DNA of 64,000 nucleotides from Armatimonadota bacterium (GTDB lineage Bacteria; Armatimonadota; SYMT01): NCBI GenBank assembly GCA_041690135.1, contig JAWLHY010000012.1, positions 221,428 to 285,427 of the forward strand, read 5' to 3'. Shown piece by piece: positions 54,543 to 64,000 of this stretch (position 1 is its first letter; each line of letters starts with the position of its first letter). The notes under the pieces were generated by a model. It saw only the letters and a program-made list of their open reading frames with translations, ran no database searches and was not told where the DNA came from. The position numbers and the translations under genes were made by a program.

Positions 54543-55229
54543 ATGGAGCAGCCTCTTTCTTCTCTTCAGGTGGCGGTGCTGGCGCCACCCTCTATGCACA
54601 CCCCGGTGGCGGAGCGGCTCGCGCGGCTGCCGGGCGTGACCCTGGGCCACGGCGCGGCGGACGTGGTGGTGGTGGTGGGCCCCGAAGGCGTGGACCGGCT
54701 GGCCGCCCAGGAGATCCCGCCGGCCGGGGCCACCCTGGTGTTCCTCGGCTCGGCGCGTTCCGATGACGTCTCCCGCGCGTCGGCCCTGGGCGCGCGAGTC
54801 TTCCTCGGCCTGGAAGACGACGACCGGGCCTGGGAGCTCGGCGTGCGCGCGGCGCAGGTAGGCGGCCGGTACTGGGCTCCATCGCTGGAGCACCTGGGTT
54901 CGCCGCCCGGGGCGCCCTCTGCTCCTCCACCCGCGCCGCAATCGGAAGGGGCGCGCACCGCGGAGGCGCGGGTGCGGTCTCTCTCGAACGCGGAGCTCCT
55001 GGCGGCCCAGGGTGGGGCGCGCAGCCTGAGCCGGGGTGAACTGGCCGGCGCGCTCCACCTGACCCAGGAGACAGTGAAGACCCAACTCCACGCCGTTTAT
55101 GCCAAGCTCGGCGTGAAGGGGAAGCGCGACCTCCCGGAGTGGAGAGAATACCTCGAGGCCGAAGGCCGGCGGCGCGACCTGTCCTGGGAGGAGCTGCCGG
55201 AGCGGCGGGGGAGAAACAGGGGAAGATGA
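54543..55229 (+). CDS. LuxR-type HTH regulator with a degenerate receiver-like N-terminus
   Basis: LSRGELAGALHLTQETVKTQLHAVYAKLGV; AAGGGAG RBS. Confidence 0.75.
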   Translation: MEQPLSSLQVAVLAPPSMHTPVAERLARLPGVTLGHGAADVVVVVGPEGVDRLAAQEIPPAGATLVFLGSARSDDVSRASALGARVFLGLEDDDRAWELGVRAAQVGGRYWAPSLEHLGSPPGAPSAPPPAPQSEGARTAEARVRSLSNAELLAAQGGARSLSRGELAGALHLTQETVKTQLHAVYAKLGVKGKRDLPEWREYLEAEGRRRDLSWEELPERRGRNRGR

Positions 55230-55473
55230 AATTCACCCGTTTTTCACCCGTTTTCCCCCAGCCAATGTAGGAGGAGCCCGAAACCTGAGCGCCTAACTTG
55301 TCTCCAACGCCCTGCCCGCCCGGCAAGCGGGAGAACAGGTGGGTGCCTGGTCAGGGTGATTCAATTTTCGGCGAAAGCTACTTCGCAGCCCCGGCGCATG
55401 CGTCCGTAGGGAAGGGGCGGCAGAGCCCAGTTTCCACGAATACTGAACCGCCCTGGGAGATGGGAGACGGAGC

Positions 55474-56880
55474 ATGGCACACGAGTTGAGAACAGGTTTC
55501 CGGTTCTGGGGCCAGTCGCGCTCACAGCAATTCGGGCGGCAAGGCTGGCGGCTGGCGGCGGTGGTGCTGGCCGCGCTGGTGTTCGCCGTGCTCCCCGCAG
55601 ACCGGATCCGCCTGGGCGCCTCCCAACTCCAGGGCCTCGTCGGCAGCTATAGCTACTGGCTGCCCACACCCCTGGGTCAGGTCAGCGGCCTGACCGTGGA
55701 AGAGGTCTACCTGCCGGGCCGAGTGCGGATGCGCTGGGATGACATGGGGGCCAGCTACGCTCCCGACGGGTTTCATTACTCTCTCCAGCGCATGAATCCG
55801 GGCACCGGTACCGCGATGCACTACCAGACCCTGTGGGAGCCCTACTGGGAGGAGGACGTCGATTTCTCCACCACCACCGAGTTCGAGTACTGGGTGTGCC
55901 TGGCCCCCAACAGCGGGGGCGGCAGCCCCGGGGACCCGCCGCCATCCGGGGCCGACCCGGCGGACATCGGTTACTATCCCGTGGCGGGTCCCTACGCACA
56001 ACTGCGGTTCCACGTGGAGAACGCGGCGGTGAGCGCCAACCAGGTGGTGGACAGCCGGTACGACCTGCGTTACGGAAACCCCACGCCCCTGGACTTCCAG
56101 TTCGGTAACCGCACCTACCGCGGTGGCCTGTTCGTGGGTTACGCCAACGACCCTTCGCGGGTGGCGCGCAGCTTCCTGAAGTTTTCCATCCCGGCGGGCG
56201 TGCAGGACGGCGTTTACTTCACGGGAAGCGTGAACGCTTACGCCACCGCCCTGCTCACCGGGCAGAGCGTGGAAGTGGGGGCGCAGAAGATCAGCACGGC
56301 CACCTGGGACCCCGCCACCCTGAAGTGGACGGCGGCCCCCACGGTCGACCCCTCCCAGGCGCCCCGACGGTTCACCTTCAGCCAGGCGGACACCTGGGGC
56401 CACTGGAGCCTGGGCGCGGACATCCTGAACGCGCAGGGGACGACGGACCCGCTCTCGGTGGCGCTGGCGAGCACCAATGAGAACGCCTCCGGCCAGTGGG
56501 TGTACCTGGCGAAGCAGGAATACGACGCCGACCGGGCGCCGCGGGTGCTGATTGCCGGCCACTACCCCGGCGAGACCCCCGCCACCCCGAACCTGGCGGT
56601 CCAGAGCGTGACCTCCAGCAGCGTGACGCTCACGTGGAACACCCCGGTGGTCTATGGGCTCTCCGTGCTGCAGATGCGGCCCCTGGGGGGAAGCTGGCAG
56701 GACGTGTACACCGAGGGTAATGGCCTGTCGTTGGGCGGGGGGGTTATCATTCCGGCCTCCTTCAACGTGCCGGTCAACAACCTTTCCGCGAACACGGCGT
56801 ACGAGTTCCGGGTGAAGGCCGACACGGATACCTACGGCGAGTACTACAGCCACCGCGTCCAGGCCACCACCGCCCCCTGA
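55474..56880 (+). CDS. Exported protein with DNRLRE/CBM96-like and fibronectin type III domains
   Basis: N-terminal TM/signal; LFVGY..ARSFLKF...W..ATLKW..AP module; C-terminal SVTLTW...NLSANTAYEFRVKA. Confidence 0.7.
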   Translation: MAHELRTGFRFWGQSRSQQFGRQGWRLAAVVLAALVFAVLPADRIRLGASQLQGLVGSYSYWLPTPLGQVSGLTVEEVYLPGRVRMRWDDMGASYAPDGFHYSLQRMNPGTGTAMHYQTLWEPYWEEDVDFSTTTEFEYWVCLAPNSGGGSPGDPPPSGADPADIGYYPVAGPYAQLRFHVENAAVSANQVVDSRYDLRYGNPTPLDFQFGNRTYRGGLFVGYANDPSRVARSFLKFSIPAGVQDGVYFTGSVNAYATALLTGQSVEVGAQKISTATWDPATLKWTAAPTVDPSQAPRRFTFSQADTWGHWSLGADILNAQGTTDPLSVALASTNENASGQWVYLAKQEYDADRAPRVLIAGHYPGETPATPNLAVQSVTSSSVTLTWNTPVVYGLSVLQMRPLGGSWQDVYTEGNGLSLGGGVIIPASFNVPVNNLSANTAYEFRVKADTDTYGEYYSHRVQATTAP

Positions 56881-57151
56881 TTTCCGAACCTGATTTCCGA
56901 ACCGACTTAACCGCAGACCCATACGGGCCCGAACGGGGGCGCAGAGGACGCCGAGGTTACGCAGAGAGGGAAAGAGAGGGGAAGGCAGAATCGGGAACGA
57001 CCGGATACTGCAGCGCACACCAGCGCTCCTGCCCCATGCCAACCCGCGGCAACCACGGATTCCCTTCACCTTATTTCCCTTTCTTACTTCTTTGCGACTT
57101 TGCGGCTTTGCGCGAGACTTGTTCCCTGATGCAGCGAGAGTGGAGATGACG

Positions 57152-60100
57152 ATGCGGAAGACCTTCCATTACGGCGTGGTGCGGCCCCTGGCGTGGCTGC
57201 TGTTCTTCATGACGCTGCTGACTTTCAACGCACCCCCCGCGGGCGCGTTCCACAAGTACCGGGAGCGACCGCGGGGGAAGACGGACCGCCTCACAGCGGA
57301 GCAGCGGGAGCAGCGGGCGCGGGAGGAGCTGGCGAAGAAGCACGCGCCGCAGCCGGACGTGCAGGTGCTCTCCCCGGCCGAGCTTTCCGCCCTCCGCGCG
57401 CGGGGGCAGTATCGCAATGCCGCCTTCTCCGGGGTGCTGCCGTGGCAGCGCAGCTTCCGGGACGTGAACCTCTGCAACGGCAACCTCTTCAAGAGCTTCA
57501 CCGATATCCAGGTGTCACCAGCGCGCGGAGCGGGGCTGGCGTTCCAGCGGACCTACAACTCCAACGACGAGCGCGTGGGGCCCTTCGGGGTGGGCTGGAC
57601 CCACGCCTACGAGATCCGCATCGAGGAGGCCGGCAACAACGAGGTGCCGCGGACCGACTTCTTCGGCGGCAAGCACACCTACCACCGGGACGCGGATGGC
57701 CTCTACTCCCCGCCCGCCTACATGTACGACGAGCTCTCCAGCGAGTACGAGAACTTCCTGGCGAACGGCCCGGCCGAAGTGCTCTCCGACACCCAGAAGG
57801 GCATGGACGGCACGGTCAAGCACTTCGTGAAGAACGGCAACGCCCGCGTCTGCGACTCTATCGAGGACCGCCACGGCAACCGCACGGAGTTGACCTACGG
57901 CCTTTCGGTCGGCACGGAGAGCCTGCTCACCCGCGTGACCGACCCGAGCGGCCGATACCTCGAGATCACCTGGACCAACCTCAACACCGCCCAGCAGCCG
58001 GCCTACCGGATCACGAAGGTGGAGGGCCCGTTCGATATCAACACCAGCCAGCCGGTCTACACCGTCACCTACGAGTACAACGGCGACTTCAACCTCTGGA
58101 AGGTGCACCAGGACCCGGGCGGGTTGAACCGCACCACCACCTACACCTACACCACCTACACCGGGGCGAACGGCACGGAGACTGGCCTCCTCGCCTCCAT
58201 CAGTGACCCCCTGGGACACACCGTTTCCTACACGTATGGTTCCGACCTCGATAATGGCAACCAGCCGACCACCGGGACGGTCTGGGTGAAGACGGTCACC
58301 GAGCCCAGCAGCGGTGGTCCGATGACGTGGTACCTCAACATCGAAGGGCCGGGGGGCCTGGGTACCTTCAACGTGTGGGTCAGTTCGGCCGCATTAACCT
58401 ACTACTCTCGTGATTGCGGCGTGATGGTGGACCAGTACCTGCGCTGCATCGCCGTGGGACCGTGGAACGACGTGGGTTGGAACACCTACTGGTGGGAATA
58501 CGACACCAGCAATAACGTGACGTCGCACATGACGGCCTGGCAGGACCTGCGGACCCCGCTCGCTGGCTTTGGTGGGGTGTTCACCCACAACACCTATGGC
58601 CCCCACGGAAACGTGTTGACCCAAAGCTTCATCCGGAACTATGCCGGCCCCGGCGTGCCGAACCTGATCGGCACCACGACCACCAGCTATTACGGGGGCA
58701 GCAAGTACTTCCAGAAGGAGAGCGTGACGGACGCCCTGGGCCGCACGACGTATTTTGACTACTACGCCAGCGACGACCCGGACGTGGGGAACCGGGGCGA
58801 AGTGAAGTGGGTGCGGGACGCCCGGTACAGCACCACCGGCGAGCAGTTCGAGTACACGTACAACCTGTACGGCCAGAAGCTCACCGAGACCAACCTGAAC
58901 AACGCCGCCACCCAATACACCTACGGGGATGCCTGGGGCAACCTCACGCAGGTAGTCCAGGACCCCGGCGGTCTCGCCCGCACCACCACGATGAGCTACG
59001 ACATCGCGGGCCGGGTGCTCTCCAGCACCGACCCGAAGGCACAGACCTCCACCTTTCAGTACAACGGAGCTGGCCAGCCGACTACCGCCACCCTGCCGGG
59101 GGAGACGGTCACCTACACCTACGGCGCCAACGGCCGTACGCAAACGGTGGCGGACGGGCGCGGCACAACGACGATCACCTACGAGAACGGGAATGACCGC
59201 GTGGCGTCCGTGCAGGACCCGGTGACCGGCACCATTTCCTACACCTATCTGCCGACCGGCGAGAAGTCCAGCGTCACCCTCCCCGGCGGCGGAGCCTGGA
59301 CCTACGACTACTCCGCGACCATGAGCGTGCTGCCGGAGGAGAGCCCGGACAAGCTCTCGCGGATGCTGCTGAAAGTGATCGACGACCAGGGCCGCGACGT
59401 GCGGTACGTCTTCGACGCCACGGGGCGGATGCACGAAGCGATCAGCAACATCACCTACCAGAACCAGGCGGAGGTGAGCTACGTCAAGACGGAATACGTC
59501 TATGATGGTATCCCGCAGGGTTACTACTCGCGCGGCTACCTGCAGCGGATCCGCCACACCTGGAACTGGATCGACCCGATGGTCGGCTGGCAGGACAGCG
59601 TGTTGGTCCAGAACGACTACACCTACGACAATAACGGCAACCGCCTGACGAACACCATCAGCGACGCCACCGGCCCCCTCCGCACCGAGACCTACGGCTA
59701 CGACGAGCTCGCCCGCCTCACCTCCGTGAACTACGGCGACGGCCAGACCCAGACGTATTCCTTCGATCCGATGGGGAACCGCCTCCAGAAGGCGGATTCC
59801 GTCCACGGCACGGAGAACTACACCTACAACGCCGCCAACATGCTCCTCACCCGGAGCGCCAATGCGTACACAAATGATGCCAACGGAAACACATTAACCG
59901 GTGGGGGGCGGACCAACACCTGGGACGGCCAGAACCGCCTGACGCAGTGTGTCTACAACGGCACCACGACCACCCACACTTACGGCAGCGACGGTCTCCG
60001 CCGTCGCACTGTCGAAGGCGCGACCACCACGGACTATGTGCTGGACGGGCAGGGGGTCGTGCGGACGCTGGTCAACAACGTGGTGGACCGGACCTACCTC

Positions 60101-60784
60101 CACGGCGCGCGCGGTCCGGAATACGAGCGGGTCGGGGCGAACGACCCGGTGTGGTACCTCTACGACGGTCTCGGCTCCGTGCTGGGGACGGTAGACAAGA
60201 ACGGCACCGTCGTCTCCACGCGGAAGTACGACGTCTACGGAGTGGTGCGGGGGAGCACTGGCCCATCGGGGACGAAGCACAAGTTCGTGGGCAGTCTCGG
60301 GCACCCGAGCGAGGGCGAGACTGGGCTGGTTTACATGCGGGCTCGGTACTATGATCCGCTCGCGGGTAGGTTCGCCAGCGAAGATCCCGCGCGCCATGGA
60401 GTCAACTGGTACGCGTACGCCGGAAACGCTCCGACCCGGTTTGTGGATCCAGATGGTCGTGCTTATGGCGATCCCTATGGTACAATCTGCAACATTCTTT
60501 GGCGAATACTCTGTGCATATGACTCGGCTGGAGGGACGGAGATTAAAGAACTATGGGACGCAATCAAAGTCGCACGCGGTGCAGCGAATACTGCGATTGA
60601 GCGAGCCACCTTGTATGGGTTGAGAGAGATGTCTGAGGAACAGTTACTGAACCACATCAGTCGGCAGGCGCCGTGGAAGCGCGCTATGGCGCAAATCAGA
60701 GGAATTGTTGCCCGCGGAATAGGTGCGGAGAAGGCCAAGGAAGTGATGGAGCATGCAGCAGAACTACTCTTGATTCTCATCTGA
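57152..60784 (+). CDS. Rhs/YD-repeat polymorphic toxin with Sec-type signal peptide
   Basis: Signal ending PPAGA; DUF6531-like RTYNS..GPFGVGWTH; YD repeats; core RYYDPLAGRFASEDP...PTRFVDPDG; lower-GC ~108-aa C-terminal domain. Confidence 0.92.
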   Translation: MRKTFHYGVVRPLAWLLFFMTLLTFNAPPAGAFHKYRERPRGKTDRLTAEQREQRAREELAKKHAPQPDVQVLSPAELSALRARGQYRNAAFSGVLPWQRSFRDVNLCNGNLFKSFTDIQVSPARGAGLAFQRTYNSNDERVGPFGVGWTHAYEIRIEEAGNNEVPRTDFFGGKHTYHRDADGLYSPPAYMYDELSSEYENFLANGPAEVLSDTQKGMDGTVKHFVKNGNARVCDSIEDRHGNRTELTYGLSVGTESLLTRVTDPSGRYLEITWTNLNTAQQPAYRITKVEGPFDINTSQPVYTVTYEYNGDFNLWKVHQDPGGLNRTTTYTYTTYTGANGTETGLLASISDPLGHTVSYTYGSDLDNGNQPTTGTVWVKTVTEPSSGGPMTWYLNIEGPGGLGTFNVWVSSAALTYYSRDCGVMVDQYLRCIAVGPWNDVGWNTYWWEYDTSNNVTSHMTAWQDLRTPLAGFGGVFTHNTYGPHGNVLTQSFIRNYAGPGVPNLIGTTTTSYYGGSKYFQKESVTDALGRTTYFDYYASDDPDVGNRGEVKWVRDARYSTTGEQFEYTYNLYGQKLTETNLNNAATQYTYGDAWGNLTQVVQDPGGLARTTTMSYDIAGRVLSSTDPKAQTSTFQYNGAGQPTTATLPGETVTYTYGANGRTQTVADGRGTTTITYENGNDRVASVQDPVTGTISYTYLPTGEKSSVTLPGGGAWTYDYSATMSVLPEESPDKLSRMLLKVIDDQGRDVRYVFDATGRMHEAISNITYQNQAEVSYVKTEYVYDGIPQGYYSRGYLQRIRHTWNWIDPMVGWQDSVLVQNDYTYDNNGNRLTNTISDATGPLRTETYGYDELARLTSVNYGDGQTQTYSFDPMGNRLQKADSVHGTENYTYNAANMLLTRSANAYTNDANGNTLTGGGRTNTWDGQNRLTQCVYNGTTTTHTYGSDGLRRRTVEGATTTDYVLDGQGVVRTLVNNVVDRTYLHGARGPEYERVGANDPVWYLYDGLGSVLGTVDKNGTVVSTRKYDVYGVVRGSTGPSGTKHKFVGSLGHPSEGETGLVYMRARYYDPLAGRFASEDPARHGVNWYAYAGNAPTRFVDPDGRAYGDPYGTICNILWRILCAYDSAGGTEIKELWDAIKVARGAANTAIERATLYGLREMSEEQLLNHISRQAPWKRAMAQIRGIVARGIGAEKAKEVMEHAAELLLILI

Positions 60785-60961
60785 GGGACTAGTAGACGAC
60801 CTGCACCGACACAACTCCAAAGCGGGAGCGGGGCATGGCTGTGAACCATATCCCGTACCTGAGACTGCCTTGGGAGTAGTCAGTCTCTGCCCTACTCCCT
60901 CTAGTTTCCGCATCCAACTCGCTATTTGGATATTAGGCAATGTGTTGGGGTAAGAGGCACT

Positions 60962-61417
60962 ATGTTGGAGAACGAGAGAGAGAATTTCGAAGCACTGGAG
61001 CGGCGCTTGGGTGAGCTCTTGTTCGCGGGAAGCTACTCCGAGTTTCAAGCAGAAGTCGTAGCTCTGGTGAGGGAGAAAGACTCTTGCGTGTCGTTCTTCT
61101 CATCCCCACATGGTTTAACGATTGTACTTCTCATGGTGTCGGAGTGGAAGGGCCTGGGCTACGAATATGTAAGATCACTCTTGGACAGACTGGAGGGCGA
61201 TCTCACTGACCTTGGGTGTGCTGCAGTAAAGTATTACCGTCTCAGGCTAGATCAGGCTGCGGGCCTCCAGGTCGATATGAGCCAAATCTCTCGTGCGAGG
61301 GAAGCATTCGAGACTAGTATTTGCTTCGACAATAAGGGATCTGGTTCCGATAGGAGTCGGAAGGATAACCGACGTGCAATTGCCCGGCATTTGCTTCTTG
61401 ATGAGGATGCACCCTAG
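60962..61417 (+). CDS. Putative immunity protein for the Rhs C-terminal domain
   Basis: Low-GC ORF just downstream of the toxin, with GAGG RBS. Function inferred from position only. Confidence 0.5.
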   Translation: MLENERENFEALERRLGELLFAGSYSEFQAEVVALVREKDSCVSFFSSPHGLTIVLLMVSEWKGLGYEYVRSLLDRLEGDLTDLGCAAVKYYRLRLDQAAGLQVDMSQISRAREAFETSICFDNKGSGSDRSRKDNRRAIARHLLLDEDAP

Positions 61418-61654
61418 AGCCTGATATGAACTCGCAGGCTGAAGCTCGAGCAAGCCTTTGAGGGTGATCATCCCAAAGGCCACCAGATGGAACCCTGCCA
61501 GCAGTTCCGGCGAGCGTTCACAGTCCCGCGCTAAGCGTCGGAACCGGGCCAGCCAAGCAAAACTGCCCTCGACGGCCCAGCGCCGGGGTAGGAGCACGAA
61601 CCCATGTCTGCTTTCCGGCAGGCGGAGACAGGCACCAGGTATGGCCTGATCCAC
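61414..61654 (-). mobile_element. IS5-family transposase C-terminal remnant with IS end
   Basis: [30 protein letters not shown] motif; end sequence CTAGAGCCTGATATGAA with a CTAG target-like tetramer. Confidence 0.8.
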
Positions 61655-61929
61655 AGCGGCAAGTTCGCCATGCGATCAGTCAGCGCTGCCGCACCGACTG
61701 GCTGAACCCCCTCTGCAACGATGCTCTCCACCGCTTCGGTTACCGTAGTCAAGACGAAGAGATCTCGCGCCAAGCCGCAAGGACGCCAGGACACGCTCCA
61801 GTAAATGACGTGCGGTAGATGCGCGTAAACCGCAGGCCCCACATCCGTTCCGGTAAAGGAGCGGATGAATTCTTGACAACTTCATAGAGTCCAATCGCGC
61901 GAGGTACCGCGAGTTCACGTAACCCACCG

Positions 61930-63250
61930 GACTCGATCTTCGGCCTTTGGCAGAGCCAAGTACTGGTCCAGAACGACTACGCCCACGACGACAACGTTTA
62001 TGCCCCGCGGGGGTAGCAACCGCCTGACGAACACGGTCAGCGACGACACCGGCCCCCTCCGCACCGAAACCTACGGCTACGACGAGCTCTCCCGCCTCAC
62101 CTCCGTGAACTACGGCGACGGCCAGGCCCAGACGTATTCCTTCGATGCGATGGGCAACCGCATGCAGAAGGCGGACTCCCTCCACGGCACGGAGAACTAC
62201 ACCTACAACGCCGCGAACATGCTCCTCACCCGGGGAGCGAACGCGTACACAAATGATATCAATGCTTGTGCCCCGAGGGGGTAGCAACACTCTAACCGGT
62301 GGGGGGCGGACCAACACCTGGGACGGCCAGAACCGGCTCACCCAATGCGTGTTCAACGGCACCACGACCACCCACACCTACGGCAGCGACGGTCTCCGCC
62401 GGCGCACCGTGGAAGGCGCCACCACCACGGACTACGTGCTGGACGGGCAGGGGGTCGTGCGCACGCTGGTCAACAACGTCGTAGACCGGACCTACCTCCA
62501 CGGCACGCGCGGTCCGGAATACGAGCGGGTCGGGGCGAACGACCCGGTGTGGTACCTCTACGACGGCCTCGGCTCCGTGTTGGGGACAGTGGACAAGAAC
62601 GGTACGGTCGTCTCCACGCGGAAGTATGACGTGTATGGGGCGGTGCGGGCGAGCACCGGGCCATCCGGGACGAAGCACAAGTTCGTGGGCAGCCTGGGGC
62701 ACCCGAGTGACGATGAGACGGGGCTGGTGTATATGCAGGCTCGGTACTACGATCCCGTGATAGGCCGTTTTGCAAGTGAGGATCCATCCAAGGATGGGCC
62801 GAACTGGTTTGCATACTGCTCCAATGATCCAGTCAACTGCATTGATCCAGATGGTCGATATTCTCGGCCAGTCAGGGCTCGCTTTTGGACGGCAGGTACA
62901 ATGATGGTACTCGTAGCGCTTCTTGCTATCGAGGCGGGTGGAGCCTGTAAGTCGGCCATTGCTGCCTGCAGGGCATACTCCTTCTCGGGATCAGCCTCCT
63001 TAATTGCCGGATTTCTGTTTGGCCAGGCGTCACTTGGAATGGAACTTGGGCCGAGTGGAAATCAGCTCAAAGAGCTTGCCGGGCAGTTTACCGGTGGGCT
63101 TGCAGCTGCGATTGTGGGTATAATAACATTTGGGAAAGTGTCGGACAACGTGGCGCGAGTGGGTTGGCATGGATCGCGATTGTCGGTGTAGTAACCTATT
63201 CTATTGCATGTGCGGGCGCAATTGCGTCAATTGGAGTGGATGCGCAGTAA
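61930..63250 (+). pseudogene. Orphan Rhs core plus alternative hydrophobic toxin domain, with two 19-nt insertions and a probable 1-nt deletion
   Basis: Closely similar to ~59600-60455 of the main Rhs; core ends PVNCIDPDG; different C-terminal domain. Confidence 0.85.
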
Positions 63251-63399
63251 GAAGACTTGCGCGGCTTTGTCAATGTGGACCGACTAGATCGCAGATGCAT
63301 CGAACAGTATCGAGGCAAAGGCAACTCTTCACTTTGGCAAGTGCATTGTTTAGTCGAGAGTGAAGAATCGATAGTATTCGTGTAACTTCTGTTGATGGT

Positions 63400-63858
63400 A
63401 TGAACGACGGTATGGATAACTTAAGTTCGAATCACCTTTCTGGCGCGGATCTGTCTGGTGCGACCCTGAGCGGTTGCGATCTCACCGATGCAGATTTGAG
63501 GGGCTGCAATCTGAGGCGAGCCGATCTCACTGACGCTATCCTATGCGGTGCGCAATTGCGCGGACCGAGCATGATAACATTAATTATTTGGATAGTAGTA
63601 ATAATATGTATAAATTCATACTCTGCATACGTCAACCGTGACGTCCATCGGTGGTATTTACACCCAGGAACTTGGATTTCATTTACATTTGTAGGTAGTC
63701 TGCTTCTGCTCTTACGTCTACCAAAGCACGTGTTTCGCGACGCGGATTTGTCCGAGGCTAGGTTGGATGGAGCAGTATATGACAGACGAACGAAGTGGCC
63801 GACTGGCTTCAATCCAGAGCAAGCGGGAGCCAAGTTCATAGATCCCAGCACAGATTAG
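63400..63858 (+). CDS. Pentapeptide-repeat protein interrupted by two TM helices; candidate immunity protein for the orphan toxin
   Basis: LSGADLSGA repeats, then TM1 LIIWIVVIICI and TM2 WISFTFVGSLLLLL, then ADLSEARL..AVYDRRTKWPTGFNP; low GC. Confidence 0.7.
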   Translation: MNDGMDNLSSNHLSGADLSGATLSGCDLTDADLRGCNLRRADLTDAILCGAQLRGPSMITLIIWIVVIICINSYSAYVNRDVHRWYLHPGTWISFTFVGSLLLLLRLPKHVFRDADLSEARLDGAVYDRRTKWPTGFNPEQAGAKFIDPSTD

Positions 63859-64000
63859 GTAGATCGCTCCACCGGGTTCAGCATAAGCGGGTGTCCGCTG
63901 ACTAGTGCAGACCCAGAGCACCCCTGTTGAACAATAGTTCGAAGTCGTTGTAGCATGTTTGCATGCCAACTCCGTTGTTTGTGAGAACGCTCGCGCCGGA

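Noticed and set aside
57152-60784. T6SS-delivered Rhs effector
   Set aside because: No PAAR domain or vgrG/eag genes, and the N-terminus looks like a Sec signal peptide.
59600-62860. Diversity-generating retroelement TR/VR pair from the duplicated Rhs core
   Set aside because: Differences are mostly synonymous and not adenine-specific, and no reverse transcriptase is present.

Overview
High-GC bacterial chromosomal window. The pilin type and the DUF4838/DUF5666/sulfatase/sialidase content suggest Armatimonadota or a PVC-like lifestyle (inference only). It contains housekeeping genes (acs, lpdA, icd, citrate synthase), a family-B DNA polymerase, two tandem prepilins, many secreted carbohydrate-active enzymes, a caa3-type oxidase operon headed by a His-rich/YHS protein, ion antiporters, and an operon with a rifampin-phosphotransferase-like PEP-utiliser plus two small EamA/SMR proteins. 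The last ~12 kb hold a Zn-finger/DUF3987 gene, a LuxR-type regulator, an FN3/DNRLRE-like protein, a signal-peptide Rhs toxin with a candidate immunity gene, an IS5 remnant, an orphan Rhs module and a pentapeptide/TM gene. Intergenic DNA is full of REP-like, MITE-like and 6-9-mer repeats. The most unusual signal is a set of 18-19-nt hairpin micro-insertions. Two sit at the same AAYG^GCAAC target in the orphan Rhs, and each creates a stop in the upstream frame and a start in the downstream frame. A second, covarying family sits inside REP-like repeats. No rRNA, tRNA or CRISPR array was recognised. All family assignments come from motif recognition by eye, not from database searches.
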